Part shown: piece by piece, positions 55,649-64,000 of the stretch
Layout: every line of letters starts with the position of its first letter
Numbering within the stretch: the first letter of the stretch is position 1
DNA from: Chrysomallon squamiferum
Taxonomy: Eukaryota; Animalia; Mollusca
NCBI GenBank assembly: GCA_012295275.1
Contig: CM022673.1
Location: 12,958,001 to 13,022,000 of the forward strand
Reading direction: 5' to 3'
DNA: 64,000 bases
Notes under the pieces: generated by a model
Seen by the model: the letters and a program-made list of their open reading frames with translations, nothing else
Told to the model about the DNA's origin: nothing
Database searches by the model: none
Position numbers and translations under genes: made by a program

Positions 55649-57532
55649 AAAGAAGGAAAAAAAAAAGTAATAATAATGATAGTGTTTCTATGACGATAAG
55701 TTCGCTTCATTATCACTAACTTGGTTTGAAATGGATTTTCTTTAAAATTTAAATTTAAACCTGGATCTATATTCATTATGTTGGTAAAAATGAAGGTTTA
55801 GAATAGCAATTTTTTTTTTTTTTTTTAAAGTGTATATAAACTAACACTGCTGTTATTACATTAAGTAAATCGACAACCAGTATATTGATTCTTCTTTTCA
55901 GTATTTTTTTTTCCCGTGAAGAATTTAATAATTTCCTAAAAGCCATCTTACATTATAAACCTCAACTTTAAGTGTTTAACGTGGTTAAGCGACTAACTTT
56001 ATGCACTTTACGTGATCTAGACACATGTTCCAGTTCTTTATGTTCCATCAAATTCGATTTCGTTTACAGAAATCTACGTTGTTACAAATACAATTCTCTC
56101 TCGATCGCTCGATTCTGTACTTGCACTGCAGTTCACCGTGAACAGTAACGTACCATTGCGCGCATTCTCTCCATTAGTATAATTTCATGTAATTTTGTTA
56201 TACATTCTGTATTGAAATTATAAGCCTAGTCCGGGTTTAATATCAAGTAATAATACACCAAGTTCCTTCGTTTGGAATACACTGAATATGAATAGTTAAA
56301 AAAAAAAAAAAAAAAAAAACTTTTCCTTTTCAAGGAAAGAAACATAGAGTACATTCGTACAACTCTTATTACATTATAATTAAATTCTGTCATCTGATGC
56401 AAATGTATCTTTTCCCTGACCTTGTTTTTCATTATCAGTATAATTTTTCAGTAGGTATTATTTGTATGTCAGAAATATGTAGCTTTCCTTATGTCGGCTG
56501 AATACGCAGTGTGCTACAATCAGAATGTAAATTATGAAGCGATATTATGTAAAATGTCATATTTTCTGACCATGCCATGTACTGTTAAACTACTAATATA
56601 ACAGTGAAAATATACTTTCGTATAAATACTTAAATATATCATCTAATGATGTCCCAGCTATTTAATAACAAGCTGGGCCAATTTGTTTTTGTTGTCTTTA
56701 TAAATAAGATTCATGTTTGTCTATCTAAAACCGTGAAACAAATGTTGATTTTCCGTTAGAAATTCCAAAAAAAAAAAAAAAAAAAAAACAACGAAGTATA
56801 TCTGTCAACCTATCCATCATTCTATCTGTTTTTCAAAGCTCCAGGTTATTAGAATTGTTAATTTTCCGTTAAAAATTCTTAGACTATCAAAAATGAAGTA
56901 TGTCTGTCTGGCTGTATATCTAAGGTAATAATTATTACAAATCGTAACTGCCAGGAAGAAATTATAACAAAAGTAAAAATAAATTCGCATGACGTGATTT
57001 ATTAATGTTCAGCTGCTTCAAAGACCACTTTATTGCTACGTAAGGGAATAAAACATTTCCATCATTTTATTCACAAAGCGAGTATTCTCAATTAAACGCC
57101 TGTTACTAGTACATCGCCAACTCGATGTGTTCTAATGAAGTCCTGCACGCATGCTGAATTACAGATCCTCTCAGTAGCCTCACTTAGCAACTTCATTTAG
57201 ATTTTATGCTTTAAAAACATTCATCCGGGATGCTTCTTATTTTCGATCAAATTGGCTTCGTTTTCCTCTGCCTGTCATCTTCGGGCCTGCAGAGAGCTAT
57301 TAGCGGTTGTCGTTCCTGGTACGTAAGCGAGGCTGCTCGGTTCGTTACGTGGAGAAAACCCGCCGAAACGCGGAGACGTTCAATTCTTCCACTTGTCAAT
57401 TAGAGGCAATCGTTGTAGAAGCTTCGCGACATTACTTGACTTCCTAGTAATGTGTCTTGTCATCCTGAGTTTTTGGGGTTTTTTTTAAAACCATTATTTT
57501 TTCGCAGCGTTAGACCTAGAGTATACATTCAT

Positions 57533-57568
<36 letters not shown>

Positions 57569-60500
57569 TTTTTTTTTTTTTTTTTTTTTTAAAGTTGAAG
57601 AATAAAAAAGAAAGATGAGAGAAAGGAAAGAAACAGTAATGTTCGCCAATAACTATAATCAGTGTTTTGAACAAAAAATGTTCTCGAGTAGAATTTTCTG
57701 CTTTAAGAGTATAATTATATTCTTGTTTTCGTGGTTATGGACGGATGAGATAGAATAACAAATGAACATGTTGATGATTACTTCCACTGTTAATCTCCGA
57801 TACATTTGGTGCAGCACGGAGGCATCATGATCGACAGAATCAATCCTAACCAGTTAGAAACAGGGTGTGCTGTTTTCACCTCCACTGGGGGTTACTCTTC
57901 CCGATTAACAGGACATAAATCTCATACAGAGCTTCAGTAATCAGAACACTTTATGCTAATCTCTATTACAAATCAGTCTGGGAGCTCAGGTTGGAACAGT
58001 AAGAAAATTATTAGAAATCCATCAGCCACACAACCTGTTGTATGGTTAGATAGCAAATCCGCCTTAGTATATAATCGTTAATTCTCTGTACATCTTTAAA
58101 ATTTACAATAAAGCACTTATTTTACAAATTTAATAGATTGTCGAGCTTTTACTTTATCGATAGATTTTTGTTTGGAAAGACCTTGAGACAGTGTATTAAT
58201 AGATTGATCGCACTGTCCGAGGAAATGTGCATCCTTAGGAAAGAAGACGAAGTGTAAGTGTATTTGGACATGACGTCTAATGCAGCACTCAACGAGATAA
58301 CGCGGTAATATATTGGTAAAGTCCTCCATCACGTACGTACAGAGAGTCCGGCTACCTAATTAGTGCGGAGAACTTGCAACATGGCTTCCCTAATAACGCC
58401 AATAATGTTGGAACGTTCTGGAATTGGTCAGTGTAATGGAAATTAGCGTTAATGCCTTGACATACGAAATCGAATCGTGTCGTTCACTGACCCAGCTCGC
58501 ATCACGTCTGAAGACGCCAGTGTCACACTCTACATCTTCATTTCATTTAATGCTCTTGTGGTGGCCCGTGCCGCAGTTGCAGTTCGAAATTGACGTCATT
58601 AAAAAGAAAACAATAATAAGAAATGTAATATCCGATATAAACGTAATACATTTTGTATCGAGGACTCAGTTTTTCTCATGAAGACAAAATAAATAAATAA
58701 ATAAATTTAATTATTAAATCAGATGCATGGCAATAAAAATCTTGAGATTATAAAAGAAAAGAACTAGAGGAAGAAAACATCTACACAAACATATGCGGTC
58801 AATATTAGTTTATGATTTACGTATATTTTTCATATATTTGCAGATTATCCGTTTGACGTCAGTGCTAATTATAACGTGACAGCTTTCTTGTACATTAACC
58901 ATATTTAAATGTACATCAAAGATTATATTTCGTTTTCAGTCATGTTATCTTTCATCTAAAGCACCGGTTCGGTTTTCTGATGAACCGCTTTTAGACTGTT
59001 TCTTGGCCGCTTCACTGAGCGAAATAATAAAGTTCGGCGTAAGATTTTGGAGCGGATAAGAAGCGAACGTTTCCTTTTGTTTGGAAAGTATCATGTAATA
59101 GCAGAAATATCGTTAACATGACAAATGGAAAAGCATTATCTTTATTTTGTGAGTCAGAGAGAGATGTAAGATCAATAAAATCACTGGAAAATTGGTATGA
59201 GTTGTAATAGGGACGGGTTTTCGTCCAACTCATCTAGTACAAATATGTTTTCAAACTAGATACACTATCTTTGGGCGTATATTTGATTTGGTGAACATTT
59301 TTCGTTTTAAAGAGTTTTATATATTACATATTTACATTTATATAACTGACTTTAATTATTAATTAACTAATGTTGTTGTTAGTGATTTCCTGAATTATGT
59401 TAAAATAATTTGATGTTAAAATATATACCTTAAAATTGATATGCGTTAATCATAATAATGAATTTCGTCATTTTTAATAATTTTAAACATTTTAATGAGA
59501 CAAAAAAAAAAACGAAAGTAAGCCAGTTAGTATTTAATTTATTGCCTACTGCTCTTTATCCAATTTCAGCCAGTGCTGTGCTGTCTGGGGAAGTATTTGT
59601 AGAAAAAGATATCTTGTTGTTAATATGTATCAATGTTGATCTTGAGTTGCTGATAAAGGAATTAATGTTCTTTTGTATTTATATAACTCATTAAAATCTT
59701 TAAACAAAACACACCTATTCTCCAACTCTTTTCCTTTAAGAGACGTGCACACACATAAACACACATGCACACACATATATACACACACACACATAAACCG
59801 CCTTTTCAAATCGACAAAGTAAAAGAAGACACAAGGCACATTATATAGTTATATATACATTTTATTCAAAGTGTAGAAACATACACTTGAAGTATGTTAC
59901 AAAATTATTTTATAGAAATAACATCTGAGAAACACGGATAAACTGAGCGAGGTGAGAACGGGAAAAAAACACACACAGTGATACCAGACATTGTCAAACA
60001 TAAAACATTTCATCTGCCTGGGCCTGGTCTATTACATATTGCACATCCTTTGAATATTCTAAAATCATTTTATTATCATATTTAATGCAGATGTTTTGAA
60101 AATTAAGAATAAATATAATAAGTACCTTGAATTAAACATTATCTTACTTTATTTTTAATTTATTTATTTATTTATTTAATTATTAAATTAATTATTTATT
60201 TATGAACAGTTATGCCTTAAAATAATTTATTTTAAAAGGGAACTAAAATAGTAAAAATATCCTGAATATTTTGTTATTCAGAGTTTATAATGAATACTTA
60301 AAAATTTGTTTCAGATTTCAAGACTAATCTGTTAATTGGTCTTAAAATATTTAAATTTTTAAAATTATTTTAAAAATCACCTTATAATAATAATATTATA
60401 TTTGTTACCATGAGGATTGACTATTACTAATTAAGGGATGTCACTTCTTGTTTAGAACATACAACCTTTGACCTTAATTTGCAACTGCATGTTGTCACAG

Positions 60501-62235
60501 AAACTGTAAACTGACAGAACTTTCTTTAATAATCTGAACTTGCAAAACCTGACTTTCTGACATAAACTCTGGTTCTCCTAGCAAGAGTAGTAAAATTTGT
60601 ATTTAAAAAAAAAAATGTATAATAATAATAATAATTATAACAATAATTAAAATAAATAAAAGTATTAATAATAATAAAAATAATATAAAATAAATATAAC
60701 AATAAATAAGTAAGTGGACATATTTTGAAAAGAAATGATTAAGATCTAAAAAACAATGCTGATTTTTGAACATATTTGTTGGGATTTGCCCGTGACAAAT
60801 ATGTTTGAACTTTCAAAGCATGTGTATCAGAGTTATTTGTGTTTGAATGTTGTATGAACTCAAACACACGACTTCAATGATATGATCACATGACATTTCA
60901 CAAATCTGATATCACATGACCCAATATTATTGATATGTGATGAATAGGAAATTTCAAAAAAAACAAAAAGACTGAAAGAAAAAGATAGTAAAAAAAAAAG
61001 TAATTTTTGTTCCATCTTCTGTTTTCAAAATCTATTTTTAAAATCGAACATATTCTTGAAAGAAAAGGAATATTTTTAGTTTTAATTTTTGGTTAGATTT
61101 TTAGATAATTGTACACAGTTATTCATACAATAGTGAAAAACAGATGATTCATGTAAGGGTTAGGGATTTAAGTATGTTAAACATAAAAATATTATTTTCT
61201 TATTTTTTGTAGCTCAGTATAGTTCCATACAAGTTCATGAATCAATACACTCTACATCAAAAACATTGAAATTTTTTTTAATGTATCAGTATATTCATAA
61301 CAAAAACAAATCTGTACATTTTCTGTAGTTTAAGATGTCATGTATCATTTGAAGGAAATTTATATTTTACTTAAAGATGTGCAATATGAATTCCAAAATT
61401 AGACTATTTTTTTTTCATTTGGGAATCAATAAAAATTCATTTTCTGATGCCCAGAACATTAGTGCGACATTTTCATTTTTAAACATTTAAAAAATCAAGA
61501 CATATGTACAGATTTATACAGTAACAGTTCAACAAATGTACATAATATTAATATGTTGTTATGACAACATGTCCACAGCACTTCACTCACTCGCACACAC
61601 ACATATACCCAGACACACAGAAACCTTGCGATGCTTTGATATGTTACTTCATTTTGGGAGTAAATTAAACAAGCTTCAATTTCTAAACCAATCAGAATGC
61701 AGTGTTTCACTGCCACGCCCATTCACTCACTTCCAGTCAATCACAATAGGTCTGCTTAAATACATTATTTAGAGTGAATACATTTCACTTGGACACAATA
61801 ATTTACAATGTGCTTTGAAACTATATTAATAATAATATGACAGGCAGAAGCTAAACAGGGTTATTTTTCACCAGTGGAGAGATTTTATTGGGGTTAAAAA
61901 ACATAAATAAAACCAAAAACTTAAAAAAAAAACATAAATAAACAAAATACAGCATACATGTATCGGGAACAGTATACAAAATTTTCAATCACAAAGTAGG
62001 AAATAAATTCATTAATAATCAAATGACTTCATTAACATGGTATTTGCATATTTTAATTTTTTGTTTGTTTTTGTTTTGTTTTATAAACATGAAGAGCAAG
62101 GATTTGAACTGTGGTCCACAGTTTGGGAGTACAGTGTGTTTCAAACCAAACAAAACAGCTATAAAAACAAACAAAAAACAACAACAATAGATTTACTTGA
62201 GATTCTGTTATATATTTATACTCTATTTAATTTTC

Positions 62236-62269
<34 letters not shown>

Positions 62270-64000
62270 GTAAATAAAATAATGATTATCCATTTGAGGT
62301 AAAAATAAAATTAATAATCCACCCTTAAAAAATAAATTTAATGAGAAAAAAAAATAATAAATAATGATTTCATATTTATGATGCAGGGAAAAACTTCAAA
62401 GGAATTCTTTAAGAAAATTTTTAAAAAAGTGAGTTTTAAAGCTTCATAATTAAATTTTTTTTTTTTTTTTTTTTTAAAAAGAATTATATTTAGTCCCTTC
62501 CACTGGTGAAAACAATAAAACTCACAACAAAACACAAATATTAACACAAACTTGAATTAAGATAGCACCCAGTGAACATTGCATTTGTCAGCTCTCAATG
62601 TAAATTCTGAGGGTATGGGTTCAATTCTTATGGGTGCAAATTCTAACTATATTTTTTTCTTTTTAAATAATTAATAGACTGGTTAAATTCTTCATGTTTT
62701 TATTAAGTTGTAAAGTTTGAAAAAAAAACAAAATTGCAAATGATCTGTCAGCCATTAGAAAAATATTAATATTTGTTTTTCATTTATTAAAAATTTAATT
62801 ATCTTTCTTTTCTGATTATATATATATATATGTGTGTGTGTATATATATATATATATCATCAAAAATATACAACTTTGAAATATTTATGTAACTAAATAA
62901 TAATTCTTCCCCTTTTTAAAATACATTAAACACTGCTTCAACACTGACAAACTCTTTTATATTATAAACATAAATTGTTAAAAAGCTGAGGATTATAGTA
63001 ATAAATAGCAAGTACATACATATATATCAAACATAACAACAGAGAAACATGTAGAAAACTAAAACCAAACTGATGAGTTAAACAAAGCACTTCGTACTCT
63101 GAATAATTCCATAGCAGTTCTTGCAACATACTTATCAGCCAATAGGAAATCACCACAACAAGGGAGATAATTAACATGTGAATAAATTAATTCTTAACAT
63201 GGGGGGGAAATAAATTTATTTATCATTATCATTATTTATTATTATTATTATTATTTTAAAATTATATTTATATTTCTAGAGACAAATAACATTGTGGTAA
63301 AAATAATTGGAAATATCCTAAAAATTTTGGAAAAAAAAAAATTAAGGATTGAAGCAAATTATAAAGAGAAATGATATCATTTCACGCATTATACTACACA
63401 ACAATTAAAAAATTACTTTCAATAATTCATGATGTACTTTAACTAAAAATGTAAATTATAAGTCAAAACAGTTTATGATTAAAAATTTCAAGAAGATCTG
63501 GTTTGTCCTCTCATCCCTGAGCTTTTTACAACAAAAGTTTCTATTTTTATTTTCATAATTAAGTACTAATATAATTACTAATCGATTCTAAACTAATTAA
63601 ATCAATTCCTCATGCTTGTTTCAATTTCTTTTTCATTAAATGAAACTAACACAAAATAATGCTTGCAAATAAAAATATATTTTTTGTAACATCTCCCCTT
63701 GTAAAAATTAAACATTTGCCAACCCTCAAGTTAAAAATTCACAATGTTCTGTCCCTCATTGTGTTGCTTGGTAACTAGTTATTTCAAATCATAATTTCTG
63801 ATAAATATGAGAAATACATATGTTCAGTACTCGTTACCACAATTCCAAAAGTTCTACATTAACAAAAATAGAATAATCAATTTGCAATGATTGGCATGTA
63901 AATATCAATAAGTTTTTTTATTTGATCCATTTACAAAGTCTGATAAATAAAAAAAAAAAGGGTTAAAAAGCAAAATGGCAGTATTTGAAATTTTATTTGG

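Noticed and set aside
62590-62645. tRNA or SINE suggested by a B-box-like GGTTCAATTC
   Set aside because: There is no cloverleaf or clear A-box; at most it is a decayed SINE fragment.

Overview
This is AT-rich, intron-rich animal genomic DNA. It is probably a lophotrochozoan or mollusc, but that is an inference from composition and repeat style only. The first 39 kb holds five conserved spliced genes whose exons I reconstructed by hand: LRRC56 (+), a very long TERB1/CCDC79 with two tandem telobox-type Myb domains (-), LRRC72 (+), TADA3 (-, with an apparent 1-nt frameshift in one exon) and PIGV (+). TERB1/LRRC72 and TADA3/PIGV are head-to-head pairs. The main unexpected finding is at 40.8-48.1 kb: a minus-strand cluster of three small paralogous genes with two coding exons each, which the ORF track does not show as genes. 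Each encodes a signal peptide followed by an N-terminal Cys-Cys-Cys motif, a His/Lys/Ser-rich segment, a shared [RK]L[AV]P motif and a hydrophobic, Pro-rich tail; two end in amidation signals. An inverted, decayed copy of one promoter and first exon lies next to the cluster. A deleted Tc1/mariner element, MITEs, microsatellites and a minisatellite built from 3' splice-site units are also present. I found no convincing coding exons in 49-64 kb, which looks regulatory or UTR-like.
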